Origin: Octopus sinensis
Taxonomy: Eukaryota
Direction of reading: 5' to 3'
Length of the DNA stretch: 64,000 nucleotides
Assembly: GCF_006345805.1 (NCBI RefSeq)
Contig: NC_043008.1
Span: 72,416,001-72,480,000 of the forward strand
Shown: positions 12,738 through 25,854 of the stretch, one piece after another
How the letters are laid out: the number at the start of each line of letters is the position of its first letter
How positions within the stretch are numbered: the stretch's first letter is position 1
Program-made: the position numbers and the translations under genes
Notes under the pieces: model-generated
Told to the model about the DNA's origin: nothing
Databases searched by the model: none
Seen by the model: the letters and a program-made list of their open reading frames with translations, nothing else

Positions 12738-13419
12738 TACATATAGAAATAAGTGAGATTCAGTTGAATTAGATACTTAAGTTGAAGCACCAAGTCAGTC
12801 CGGTATTATCTTCACAGCTCGAAGTAAGGTGAATAAAATCAAAATAAGCAACAGGATATCAAGAAGTGATGCAGTACAACTGTTTCAAGCAGCTCCATTT
12901 AATTGAACAATGTAATCATTACATCAATTTAAATGCAAGGCAATCATCAGCTGCACAAATAAATAGAATTTTAATCAGTTGGACGCATTTATATAATTTT
13001 TCTCAAATACTTTAACAGAGCAAGAAGAGGGAAAAAATCCATGTTGAAACTATTGCAGCTAAGAATAGACAACACTTCCAAGAAAAGCATAAAGCTTACT
13101 AGGGTCATACCTTGTAAAGGATTGTGGTTCGTTTTTAATACATTAGTCTTTTTATCAACTACTAAATCTAATACTAGAGGACTGTGTCTGTCTGGAATGA
13201 AGGGCAGGAGTGAGTTGACAGCTCATGGCTAAGTATGGTTGTAAATATTGTCAATATATAAGGAGTAGTAAATTGGGTAAAAAAATAACTGTCTATAAAG
13301 GAGGCTGGGTATATATATAACCCATGCTAGCATGGAAAACGGACGCTAAATGATGATGATGATATATATATATATGTGTGTGTGTGGTGTGTGTGTGTGT
13401 ACACATATATATACATATA

Positions 13420-13452
13420 TATATACACATATTTATATAAAATATATATGTA

Positions 13453-13483
<31 letters not shown>

Positions 13484-13743
13484 ATATATACACACACGCA
13501 CACACATACATATATACATACATATATATATATATAAAATATATATATATATATATATATATAATAATAAATATTAGGGAATAAATCCAAATTTACAGGG
13601 AAAAAATCAGATTTAGGGTTAAATCCAATTTATAGTAAAATATTATATAATATTAATTCGGTTTATTTCTTTATATTAAAAATTTTTATGTATTGATTAA
13701 GTCTTTCCTTGTTTGTTTTGCAAAATAGTGGTTTTGTCTTGAA

Positions 13744-13781
<38 letters not shown>

Positions 13782-13801
13782 TTATATAAAATATATATGT
13801 A

Positions 13802-13832
<31 letters not shown>

Positions 13833-14093
13833 ATATATACACACACGCACACACATACATATATACATACATATATATATATATAAAATATATATATATA
13901 TAATATATATATAATAATAAATATTAGGGAATAAATCCAAATTTACAGGGAAAAAATCAGATTTAGGGTTAAATCCAATTTATAGTAAAATATTATATAA
14001 TATTAATTCGGTTTATTTCTTTATATTAAAAATTTTTATGTATTGATTAAGTCTTTCCTTGTTTGTTTTGCAAAATAGTGGTTTTGTCTTGAA

Positions 14094-14125
<32 letters not shown>
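13420..14125. repeat. Near-identical 350-bp tandem duplication
   Basis: The non-microsatellite core (ATTAGGGAATAAATCC...GTCTTGAATTAAT) at 13573-13748 recurs 350 bp downstream with no difference that I could see. Confidence 0.9.
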
Positions 14126-14126
<1 letters not shown>

Positions 14127-14539
14127 TACACACACCTACCCATCATCAGTTGTCCATTTTCCATGCTGGATTTGATAGTTCTGCTGTCTTCTTTGGTAAG
14201 ATTTTTATGGTTGGATGCTCTTTTTAATGCCAGCACCAACATGGGAGATAAAATGCTAATACAAGAAATACTGCCATCTGTGTGGAGAATATCAATTTAT
14301 AAATTGCCAAAGATCTTTATCTATTAGAACCATGGAACATTAGGATATTCAACTCAAGTCCTATGCACTTAAATGAAAACAATTCATTACTGCCATGACA
14401 CAGGAAAACTGTTTGATCCATGTAAAGAGGTTATGTAACAAGGTTGAAAACACTCAATATGACATACTTTGGTACTTTTCTAATGGCGAAAACTTCAATC
14501 CTGACTAAATTTAACAAAACAAATTACATATGGTTATAT

Positions 14540-14800
14540 GAAGGTTCATCTGATGTCTATAGGTTGATGCATACAAAGTTTCCAGCAACTGTGATGTCTT
14601 TAGAAGTGGTAAGTAATGAAAGACATATTATGTTACCTTGTATCTTGTCACAAGGTCTTAGAATTAAGGCTGCTGGATATACTGACATGCACGGAACATC
14701 TGTTAAGCTTTGGATGGATAAAATACACAGCAGAAAGCCATACATATTTCAACAAGACTTAGCACCTTCTCATAAAACCTATGTAACCACAGAATAGATG
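14540..14800 (+). mobile_element. maT/DD37D transposase fragment
   Basis: Translates to HTKFPATVMSLEVVSNERHIMLP...KPYIFQQDLAPSH, paralogous to the 11998-12483 ORF. Confidence 0.7.
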
Positions 14801-14924
14801 TCCTCCTGTCAGTTGATATGTTTATTTATGTAGCTGTCTGTGTGTCTGTCTGTTTAACTATCTTTCTATCTATCAGTCTTTCTGTCTGTCTATAAGTCAA
14901 TATACAAACACACGCACACACTTG

Positions 14925-15595
14925 AGGGTCAACTGAAATGCTTATAGACTGACCAAGATATTCTAATGGATTATGACTAAATAATGCTTATTTTCCAATA
15001 CAGTCCTCCCTGCAGTCTACATACATCTTCCATCAGTGTTGCAGTGCTTGGGTCCCATAGAAGAAGACGCTTTCAACTTGCTGCTCAAAAAAGTCAACAG
15101 CAGATATGATGTCATCATCACTGCAATACTGGTTCCCAATCAAGTGTTTTCTCATGTTGCGGAACAGACAATAGGGCCAAATCAGAAGAATCAGGAGAGT
15201 GATCAATCACTTCAAAGCCATAGTCATGTACAGCAGCCATTGAAACTAAGGACATGTGTACTGGAACACTGTCCTCATGAAACATGACCCCTGACTAGTT
15301 GGTCTTGATAGGCTTTTGTAACTGCCTCAACAAGTTAGCACAGTACTCTCCATTGATGGTGTGGCCCTTTTGAAGATAAGCAATAAACACAATGCCTTTT
15401 ACATCCCAAAAAACTGGGGCCATCACCTTTCCAGCAGATGAACCAACCTTGACCTTCTTTGGAGCAGGTGCTCAATGTTGTTTCTACTGCATAAATTGTC
15501 TCTCTGTCTTTGGCTCAAATTGATGAAGCTAACACTCATCCTGGGTTATGAAATGTTACATATGAAGTCTTCATTCAACTGTCAAGTGTCAGCTC
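14925..15595 (-). mobile_element. mariner transposase 3' fragment
   Basis: Minus frames read GKVMAPVFWDVKGIVFIAYLQKGHTINGEYCANLL...HSPDSSDLA (the YSPDLAP-type motif). Confidence 0.8.
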
Positions 15596-16194
15596 ACCTG
15601 GAAAGAAACAACGCAGTTATTAATAAGGAAAAATGAAATTAATGCATGTAAGATTTCACAGCTCTAGTGTCATTCTTTCATAGTCAGGTGATGTACTTTT
15701 CAGCTTACCTTCACATACCTATTTTTTACAGACACATACGCATATACACACACACAAACAGATAAATAGATAATCTAAAAGCTCCTTAATTCAGTTGTTA
15801 ACTGTCACAACACTGCATCCTTTAAAAGTTCCGTGTCTCCCTAAACTTACCAGCCTTCTTTCTGACATGATCATGCACTCCTCGTGGTTCTCTTTTCAGG
15901 CTTTTTTGTATTTTCAGTGTGGTGTTCATGTACTTCTAGCTTTCATTGCTGTTTTCTTTTGTTTGACTTATATGTCTGTATTCTCTTCCTTCTTTTAACC
16001 TTTTGCAATGAGTTATTGCGTACATGAGTCCTGTATGCAATAAGTTCATTCTTATTATTATTTGCAAACTTATTTTTGGTTATGTTTCAGCCAATTTGCC
16101 TAAATAAATATCACCACTTGTTAGAATCTGTGAAAACATTTTCAGTCAGGTTTTCTGGTATCATACTTATTCGAGTAAGGATTTGTTGTTGTAA

Positions 16195-16370
16195 AGGTAC
16201 ATAGCTAAGTGGTTAGGGCATTTGGCTCAAGATCATGAGGTTGTGGGTTCAGTACCTGGTGGCATACTGTAACTTTGATCATGACACTTCATTTCAATTG
16301 CTCTAGACCACTCAGCTGCAAAAAATGAGTAGCACCTGTATTTCAAATGACCAGCCTTGTCACTTTCTTA
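16195..16370 (+). mobile_element. tRNA-derived SINE (head 2 + CORE-like block + tail X), decayed
   Basis: A/B-box-like head, then CCACTCAGCTGCAAAAAATGAGTA, then CCTGTATTTCAAATGACCAGCCTTGTCAC. Confidence 0.65.
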
Positions 16371-16879
16371 ATGTAGATGTTTTATTAGGACATTGGAGAC
16401 TGGACTATTTACCTTGAGATGACCTCTCACATGAACACATGCTGCCTTATTGCTTCTCTCACTATTTATTTATTAACAAATCTGCTAGCTATTTGTGACA
16501 TCAATGCCCACAATGATACTGAAATTCTATGTGAGAATCAGCTATTATGTTGCTACCAGACATCTGTTACTGAGGAGAACAGGTAGATTTAAATCACATG
16601 ATCTGGCAGTTCTGGTGTCTATAGCAGAAGATTCTTCTCTGCCAATAACATAAATAGGAATGCCTTTATGCAGCCTGTGTCCAAACAAAAGGTTGGTCGT
16701 GGTAAAGGTAAATTAATCTGCATTCAGTCTTCTAATGAAATGTTCACATTAAGTTAGATATAAATATGGTTTTATACATAAGTTTATCTATATGTATGTA
16801 TCTAATTTTATATATGTATGAATGTAAGTATGCATGTATTTTTCACCTGGTAACTAGTTACCAGCGGTAATTTCATTTT

Positions 16880-17115
16880 AGTTCTGACTGAACCTATTCA
16901 CACAAATGTACACAATGCACATACAAACACACACACAAACACATATGCATGCAAACACAACACACGCATATACATGCACATACATGCATATATACATACA
17001 TATGCACGTGCACATATCTATACATATTAATATATATATACATATATATATGTGTGTGTGTATGTGTACATATATATATATATATAATATATATATACAT
17101 ATATATATGTGTGTG

Positions 17116-17149
<34 letters not shown>

Positions 17150-17223
17150 AAGGTATATACACATAATAAACATATATGTATTATATGTATGACATATGTG
17201 TATGTGAGTGTGTGTGAGTGTAT

Positions 17224-17254
<31 letters not shown>

Positions 17255-17384
17255 ACCACACACATTATATATACTCTGTTATTTATGAGTATACAGATAT
17301 TTATATATATATATACACACTAAGACAAGCTTATATAAATTTATATATTATATTTACATTTATATTTATATATATATAAATATG

Positions 17385-17428
<44 letters not shown>

Positions 17429-17457
17429 GTGTGTGTGTGTATATATATATATGTATG

Positions 17458-17509
<52 letters not shown>

Positions 17510-17555
17510 ATGTATGTATGTATTATGTATGTATATATATATATGTATGTATATG

Positions 17556-17650
<95 letters not shown>

Positions 17651-18167
17651 CGTACACAAAAAAGAATTGGTTTTTAACTTGGTTTGGTTGAGTAATCTAT
17701 TGTGATTAATGACAAAGATATTTTCTTGTGGTGGCTTCCTCTCAGCTAACTGCTGTGTTTGTACTCCTATATAATAGCCTCATCAAAGGAGTTGAGCAGA
17801 TGGTGGTGGTGTGTGAGGAGGGGAGTAACAGCTACTAGAATCAATTTCTAAACAAGAAAAGGTTTTAAAATGGGAGCTGCTTTATAAATGAAGCAATTAA
17901 AACAGATTGTTAAACGATTAATAACCTTAATTTACTCTCTACTGCTGATAGCCTGTTGTTGTTGTTGTTGTGGTTGTTGTTGTAGTTGTCGTTATTGACA
18001 ATGATGATGATGATCATAATCAAGATTATGATGTTGCTTTTGTTGATGATTGTGACAGTGGTGATGGTATGATGTTTGTCCTGATGTTGTTGCTTATGAT
18101 GATGGAAGTAGTAATAGTAGTGGAGACATTGCTGGTTGTGCTACTGTTACTCTAGTCATTTTCGTTG

Positions 18168-18199
<32 letters not shown>

Positions 18200-18500
18200 G
18201 GTGGTGGTGGTGGTGACCGTAATACAGAGGCTTGTATTGGTTGTCCTGTTGTTTTTTATAATGTTAAAGAGGATGCTGGTAGTGTTGACAGCAGCATCAA
18301 CAGTCGCAGCAATTGTGGCACTGGCGGCAGTGGCAGTGGCAGCAGTGGTAGTGGTGGTACTGCTGCTAGCGATGAGGATGTAGAGGAGGAGGACGACGGT
18401 GATGACAACAACAACAACAACAACAACAGTGATGATGCAGTGAAAACGATGATAATAAAGACGAGGAGGATGAGGAGAGGAGATGATGATGAGGATGCTG
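16880..18500. repeat. Compound microsatellite field: (TA)n/(CA)n/(TATG)n, then trinucleotide tracts
   Basis: Directly visible. Comparable fields lie at about 7310-7560, 9380-9520, 21590-21910, 28140-28550, 30047-30143, 31220-32040, 34645-34835, 35325-35465, 37435-37562, 43945-44030 and 47195-47580. Confidence 0.97.
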
Positions 18501-18989
18501 ATGATAATGTTCATGGTGATCAGCAGAAGAAGATTTTCTCTATCAGCTGCAAGGGCTGGAAGAGAGAAAAACTAGAAAACTTTCGCAATAGAATACAAAT
18601 AAACAAAATCATGGAGTTTAAAGAGAAGAAACGCATTTAGAAATAATGAAGGAAAGAGCAAGAGACATTGTACAGTATATGGGAAGTTGTATTAGCAATT
18701 TTAAAGGCACACACACTGTGTTTATATGCACGTATGTGAGTGCACATACACACAATGATTGGAGTACTTTAGTTTATATTCATCCTCTGCGTTTTATTTA
18801 TAATAAATCGTTAGCATGAATTTCATTATCTTTCATTGTTCCTCTCTTCCATTATAATTGTTTTATGTTGAGTCTTTCTGTCATCTTTTCTGCTTTCATG
18901 GTGAAGATATGGTATTACAAGTCAATAATGTCAAAGGTCAAGGAATTTGCTCATATACTTGTCATGCTAGGCCTAAAGCTATTGCCAGG

Positions 18990-19400
18990 GTACCTGTGGA
19001 AGAGGAGGATCCAGGAAGACATGGGATGAGGGGGTGAAGTATAAACTTTGGGAGTTGAGTCTCATGGAGGTAATGATAAGTGATGGAGACCTTTGATGAT
19101 TTTCTGTACTTGAGAAGACAAATCAAGCTAAATGAAATCATACTAGTTGTGGCCAGTGCCTGTGACATGTGAAAGGCACCTGTGTCAATGATGCAAAAAA
19201 AGGCACCTGTGCTGGTGACATGTTAAAGGTACTTGTGCCAGTGACACACAAAAGACACTCACTATACTCTGCAGTGTGGTTGGCTTTAGGAAGAGTATCC
19301 AGTCATTGAAATCAAGCCAAAACAGACTGGAGTCTGATGCAGCTTTCCAGCTTACCGATCCCAGCCTAAACCATGCCAGCAGGAAAAACAGACACTAAAT
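18990..19400 (+). mobile_element. RTE LINE 3' end remnant
   Basis: GGAAGAGGAGGATCCAGGAAGACATGGGATGAG, about 25-bp AAAGGCACC tandem units and an (ATG)n tail. Same family as 61735-64000. Confidence 0.75.
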
Positions 19401-20124
19401 GATGATGATGATGATAATGTGCTCTGTGGTTTGTTTGTCTTTGCTGTTGCTGTTGATACTTGTTATTTTTGTTTTCCTTGTTTTACTTAATCTAATCACT
19501 TTTTGCAGGAGTGGGGCAAGGCATTTAACACTAAATTATGTTTAACTTCAACAAATGTAACAACTAGGCTTTCTACTCTGTATCATAAATTCTGTGTCCA
19601 TTTTAATATCATTTACTAGACAAAATTCTGGTATGCCTCTGAGGCCATCAGATATCAATATTACTGGCTAATTCATTTTGACATCTTCTGATCATTGGTC
19701 ACATTTTTTTAAGCCTGTTTTGACTACACTCCTATACTGTGACGCTAATGTCACTCCTAGCCATCGGTCAGTGTTGTGTCCAATGTCTCTCATTTTGACA
19801 CTTGCATTTCTTTCACCCATGTACTAGGGTAGAAATGTGAAATCGTAGGTTAGGTCTGACAATGTCAGCTTGTGTTTAGCGGAATTTTCAGTTTTAAAGT
19901 TACAGCAATTTGTGCTTTAGTTATTAGCAATTTGTGCTTGAGTGATTTCCTTTTTCAGCTGAGATAACTGCTCCCAAAATGAGTGGGAAGACCTGTTACA
20001 CGACCTGACATGAAGGAAAATTAAATGTCTTTCTGTAACTAAAATTTTCTAATTTTTCTCCTGACCCTCTCCTGGAATATCACATATAAAGTAAAGATAG
20101 CTGTTAGGTCTTACAAAATTCTAT

Positions 20125-20560
20125 CTTTATTTTTTATCTTTTACTTGTTTCAGTCATTAGACTGCAACCATGCTGGGGCACCTAAAGGAATTTAGTCAAA
20201 TTTATCAACCCTGGTAATTATCATTTTTTTGCAAAGCTTTGTACTTAATCTATCAGTCTTTTATGCCAAAACACTAAGTTATCGAGACATAAACACACCA
20301 TCACCAGTTGTCAAGCAGTGGTGGATGACAAACACAAAGATGTATGTATATATACGATGGGCTCCTTTCGGTTTCCATCTACCAAATCCATTCACAAGGC
20401 TGTTATGAATGGATTTGGTAGATGGAAACTGAAGATGCTAGATGGAAACAAGGCTGTAGTACATGGCACTTGCATAAGGTTCCTTGCAGTGGGACTGAAC
20501 CCAGAACCTATGTGGTTGGGAAGCAAACTTCTTATCACGCAGCCACACTTGTGTCTATTA
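20125..20560 (-). mobile_element. tRNA-derived SINE, decayed
   Basis: Reverse complement of the 3861 family. Confidence 0.75.
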
Positions 20561-20634
20561 CAAGTACATATTTATTCCTTTTTGTTTTTTTCTAGTAAGG
20601 CGCAGGCATAGCATAGGCACAGGCATGGCATAGG

Positions 20635-21040
20635 TGCAGGCATGGGCGTTTGGTAATTAGCTTGCTTACCAATCACATGGCTCCAGGTTCAGTCCTGCTG
20701 CATGGCACCTTGGGCAAGTGTCTTCTACTATAGCCTCAGTCCGACCAAAGCTTTGTGAGTGGATTAGGCAGATGGAAACTGAAAGAAGCTGTTGAATATG
20801 TATGCGTATGTGTGTGTGTGTTTGTGTGTTTGTGTGTCTATGTTTGTTCCCCCACCATTGCTTGACAACTGATGTTGGTGCGTTTATGTCCCTGTTACTT
20901 AGCGGTTCGGCAAAAGAGACCGATAAGATAAGTACTAGGCTTACAAAGAATAAGTCCTGTGGTCGATTTGTTCAACTAAAGGTGGTGCTCCAGCATGGCT
21001 GCAGTCAAGTGACTGAAACAAATTAAAGAATAAAAGAATA
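20635..21040 (+). mobile_element. tRNA-derived SINE, full length
   Basis: Head GCTTGCTTACCAATCACATGG...GGTTCAGTCC, internal (TG)n and tail CTCCAGCATGGCTGCAGTC...GAAACAA. Confidence 0.88.
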
Positions 21041-21599
21041 ACATAGACTGGGCCAAAAATTCTCTCTGTTTATTTTGTGTTGAAGCTAAACAATATCAAC
21101 ACTATCAGCTACTACAATAATATTAATATCATCAGTAATGATAATAATCATCAAGATAATTATACAACCATAATATGCATTTTTCTTATCAGATCTCTTT
21201 GCTTTAAATGAATGAAAATGAAGTAGAAGATTTCATACCAAGTGTCAACTTGATTGTACAAGATTTCTCGATGGCATTGGAATTACAAGTAATTGGTGAG
21301 GAAGGATACAAGTAGACAACAACAGTGTTTGAACTGTGAGTTGATTAGTGTACGTTAAATGATTGGCAATTGAATTCTATGAATGACTATTGATCTATTT
21401 GATTATAATGTGACTAAAAATTGGGAATCATTTATTAGGCAGACGGCATCAAATTTGGAAATGAAGTATAAATATTGCAAACTCACCATGCAGTAAATTA
21501 AATTCTCTTGGAACAGTGACATGTACGTACATAGCCAGTCGCTTACACACACAAACATACACACACATGTGCACACCCACACACATATTCATATGTATA

Positions 21600-21647
<48 letters not shown>

Positions 21648-21812
21648 CATACATATATATGTATCCATATATATATACATATGTATGTATATATATGTAT
21701 ATATATATATATATATATATACATACATATATATATATATATATATTCATACATATGTATATATATGTATATAACATATATGTATATCTATAGTGCTGGA
21801 ACATATAACAGA

Positions 21813-21859
<47 letters not shown>

Positions 21860-22989
21860 ATATATAATATATATATATATATACCTGTGTATATATATAT
21901 ATATATATATGTGTGTGTATGTATATAAAGTATACACATGTGTGAATGCGTGGGTGTAAGACAATTTTCATACACCAAAAATATATAATAAAAAATTAAA
22001 AAAGAAAATCGAAAAATAAGTTGAGGAAAATTTGATTAGTCAATAAAGAGAAATGGTACTTGCTGCATTTGGTTTCAAGAACTAACCAATGCCTGACTGA
22101 TTTGTTTCTGATGTTACAATACAGTGCCAATGATAGATCGGAACTGATTAAATGATTTGATTATGAAATGAAATCGGGCAGAAATTTAATGTTTTTTTTT
22201 ATATGAATGTTGTTGTTTTTTTTGTTGCTGTTGTTGTTTTTGTTGTTGTTGCTTCCTGTTTGTTTTTCACAAACTGTTAAATAATATTTAAAATCTTAAT
22301 ATTGTATATTATGATTAAATTTCGTAATAAAGGAGGAAATAAACTAATTGAATAAATTGAATAGAGCCATTTTTCTGTGGGACATTGTGTGATGTACCCA
22401 GAAAGGGATGACTGACAAAGTTAATGTGAGAAAGCAGCATCTGAAGTGATGGAAGAGAGTTAGCATGGAATGTCAAAGGAATGGTACAATGGACAGGAAA
22501 AGTTGTGGGGTTTTCACCAAAAATGCAACTGTTTAAAGTGCAGTGTGAATCTCAGCTTCTGGAGTGTTGCTGCCAGTGGTATAATGGTTGAGGTACATTA
22601 GGAGTGTCAGTTACTGCAGTACTTCTACCAGTGGTGAGTAATTTAAATGCATTAGAAAGTCATTTATTGGAGTGTTGTTGGTTGATATGTGATAGAACGA
22701 TTAGATACTGGAGTGTTATTAACCATGATATAGTGGTTGGAGAGTAAGTTTCTAATCATCATCATAATCAACATTGTTGTCATCATTGTTATCAGCATCA
22801 GCATCATCATCACTTTATGTTTGCTTTCAATGCTGGTATGGGTTTGATGGTTCATCATAGTCTGAGATGTTGTTGCTTCTTGTTTGTTTTTCACAAACTG
22901 TTAAATAATATTTAAAATCTTAATATTGTATATTATGATTAAATTTCATAATAAGGGAGGAAATAAACTAATTGGATGAATTGAATAGA

Positions 22990-23290
22990 CAGAATTACTG
23001 TCCTCCTTTGCGTAGCCAGGTAATCATACATCATGGTGGAAGGGTCATGTCTTTTGACAGCCGTCAAAAGCGTGCCAAGTTGATAACATCACAGAAAAAT
23101 CTGACATTGGTTGAGGCAGATCCAGCTAGTTTCCTTCAACATTTCATAACCCAGGATGAGTGTTGGTTTCATCACTTTGAACCAAAGACAAAGAGACAAT
23201 CCATGCAGTGGAAACATCATTGAACGCCTGCTCCAAAGAAGGTTAAGGTTGGTTCATCTACTAGAAAGGTGATGGCCTCAGTTTTTCTTA
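22990..23290 (+). mobile_element. mariner transposase fragment
   Basis: Translates to FLQHFITQDECWFHHFEPKTKRQSMQWKH...KVMASVF, which includes the first catalytic D region. Confidence 0.8.
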
Positions 23291-23714
23291 TTGTTTAATA
23301 CCGTTCCTAACAGCAAATATTGTGTAGAGAAAATCTAATGTATTTCCTTATCACATCAATGCTACAGAACCTGAACCTGAGATATTGTTGCTCAATGTGT
23401 ATATGGTGCATTTTATTGTGACGACAATGACAATAATGATGACGAGGAGGATGAGGGGAGGAGATGGTGATGAGGATGACGATGATAATGTTCGTGGTGA
23501 TCAGAAGAAGAAGATTTTCTTTATTAGCGTCAAGGGCTGGAAGAGAGAGAAAAACTAGAAAACTTTCACTAGAGAATACAAATAAACAAAATCATGGAGT
23601 TTGAAGAGAAGAAACACATTTAGAAATAATGAAGGAAAGAGTAAGAGACATAGGGCAATAAATGGAAGGGTGTATTAACAATTTTCAAGGCAGACACATA
23701 CAGCATTTCTTACT

Positions 23715-23937
23715 TCATATTTCTTTATTGCCCACAAGGGGCTAAACAAGGATAGACAAGGGGATTAAGTTGATTAAATTGACCCCAGTGCATAACTGGT
23801 ATTTAATTTATAGATCCCGAAAGGATGAAAGGCAAAGTCGACCTCGGCGGAATTTGAACTCAGAACATAACAACAGACAAAATACCGCTAAGCATTTCGT
23901 CCGGTGTGCTAACATTTCTGCCAGCTCACCACCTTAC
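23715..23937 (-). mobile_element. tRNA-derived SINE with CORE-like block
   Basis: Sense strand reads GAGTTCAAATTCCGCCGAGGTCGACTTTGCCTTTCATCCTTTCGGGATCTATAAATTAAATACCAG. Further copies lie at about 25305-25512 and 58520-58745. Confidence 0.8.
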
Positions 23938-24662
23938 ATACAGCATTTACATGCATATAACTTTTGAGAGGTTATCATATGCTAAAGAATCCTCTCAACA
24001 CTCGGATGTCTTCATTTGTTTATCTTCCCCTATACGGAATGTAATGAAGGTATTCTATTATGCTACTAATATTAAAGAGGTTCTCTTGTACCTTGCAAGA
24101 CCAAAAATGTTTCTCATTCTACTACATTCTCTTGATTCACTGAATCAGCATAACCAGTAGAGTACAGAGAAGAGAGAGTATTTGTAGATAAAAACGAGTG
24201 TCATAGGAAGAAATAAAACAGCATATAAGGGAGAGACAGTGTGATTTATATGATATCAAGTAAAAGCAGAAACAAATAGCAAAGAAAACAACAAAGCAGT
24301 AATGGACAGCTGTAATAAAGACAGCCTAGCTACATGCTTGTTGATAAAAGAACTTAAAAGAGAACTGCTTCAAAATATTGTTCTTTATACACACTTAATG
24401 TCATAAAAAGTTCTTACCGGTGCATTTGGTTGCACCTGAACACAGTTTGATAACTATTTAAGTGAAAGAGATCATGGGGAGCCCAATTCAGCTTAGCAAT
24501 AAAGCTTTCATTGTTTATTTCTTTGAATCATGTAATTTTAATTATTATGTATTTATTGTACACTTTATTTATTTCTGTGCAAATGTATGTGTATTCAAAC
24601 ATATTCATATCTAGGTATGTATGTGTAAGTTGTGTATGCATGTACACTTGAATGACTGTATA

Positions 24663-24971
24663 TACATTATTTACATATGCCCGTGGGCATATGGCATAGT
24701 GGTTAAGAGCACGGGCTACTAACCCCAAGATTCCGAGTTTGATTCCAGGTAGTGACCTGAATAATAATAATAATAATAATAATGATAATAACTTTGAAAA
24801 ATACCTTAGGAATGAGAACACAGGTTCCAAATTTTCTCGATACACCTGATGAAGGCTGGAGGGTATATCAGCTGAAATATGTGTTAACAACAAACAAGAT
24901 GAGGACAAAATCCGTCAAATGTAAATAATGTAAATAATGTACATAATTCCTCATCTCTTAAATATAGAACT
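24663..24971 (+). mobile_element. Composite non-autonomous element: tRNA-like head + (AAT)n + hammerhead unit
   Basis: A box TGGCATAGTGG (24692) and B box GAGTTTGATTCC (24735), then (AAT)n, then an HHR at 24842-24884. A homologous copy lies at 39576-39926. Confidence 0.8.
24842..24884 (+). ncRNA. Hammerhead ribozyme motif, decayed copy
   Basis: ACAC CTGATGA A GGCTG-N10-CAGCT GAAA TAT GTGT. It differs from the intact 39627 copy by CpG-type changes and a 1-nt loss at the cleavage site. Confidence 0.7.
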
Positions 24972-25227
24972 ATATGAGTGTATATGTATGTGAATATGTG
25001 TATATGTATGTATATGTATGCATATATGTATATGTTTATTTTCTTTGTGTATTTGTGTATATGTGAGCATGTGTGTACCTTTAAAATTCTTAATATGTCT
25101 GTTCATATACTATATAACACCTCTCAATCCTTCTTTTTGTAAACAGTTTTATTTTAACTTCATTCTTTCTTTCTAATTCGCATAAAAGAAATCTTTTTCT
25201 GCATCTTTCAACTATTGTAGCTAAATC

Positions 25228-25287
<60 letters not shown>

Positions 25288-25805
25288 AATAATGATAATC
25301 CTTTCTAATATAGGTACAAAGCCTGAATTTTGTGGGAAGGGACCAAGTCAATGACATTGACCTCAGTGTTTCACTGGTACTTAAGTTATCAACCCTGAAA
25401 GGATGAAAGACAAAGTCAGCTTTAACAGAATTTGAACTAGAAACATAGTAGCAGGCTAAATACCACTAAGCATTTCATCCAGTGTGCTAACGATTCTGCC
25501 AGCTTTCCATCTTAATGATAATGATAATAATAACTAACAGAAATTAATGGTAAACTTATTGGGTTACTTCTGAAAACTTTATCCAAAAAACCTGAAAGCA
25601 TAGCCTACATTGTGTCTGTATCAAAAGGTAGTTGCTCATCTGCTAATCCCTGAAAAGTGAAAGAAAGTGGTTGGAATATGATGATTACTTAATGCACTTT
25701 ATATACACACTTTATGCACAATTTTATAGACTTAACACACAGCACTCTCACTCTTTCTCTTTCACTCTTTGCCTTAACCTCTTTTTCTCTTTCCTTTTTC
25801 TTTTG

Positions 25806-25854
<49 letters not shown>

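Noticed and set aside
17970-18514. Poly-V/L/T/N ORFs on both strands
   Set aside because: Compound trinucleotide repeats are stop-free by composition.
24685-24760. tRNA gene
   Set aside because: A and B boxes are present, but I could not fold a convincing acceptor stem or cloverleaf. It is repeated as part of a mobile composite.
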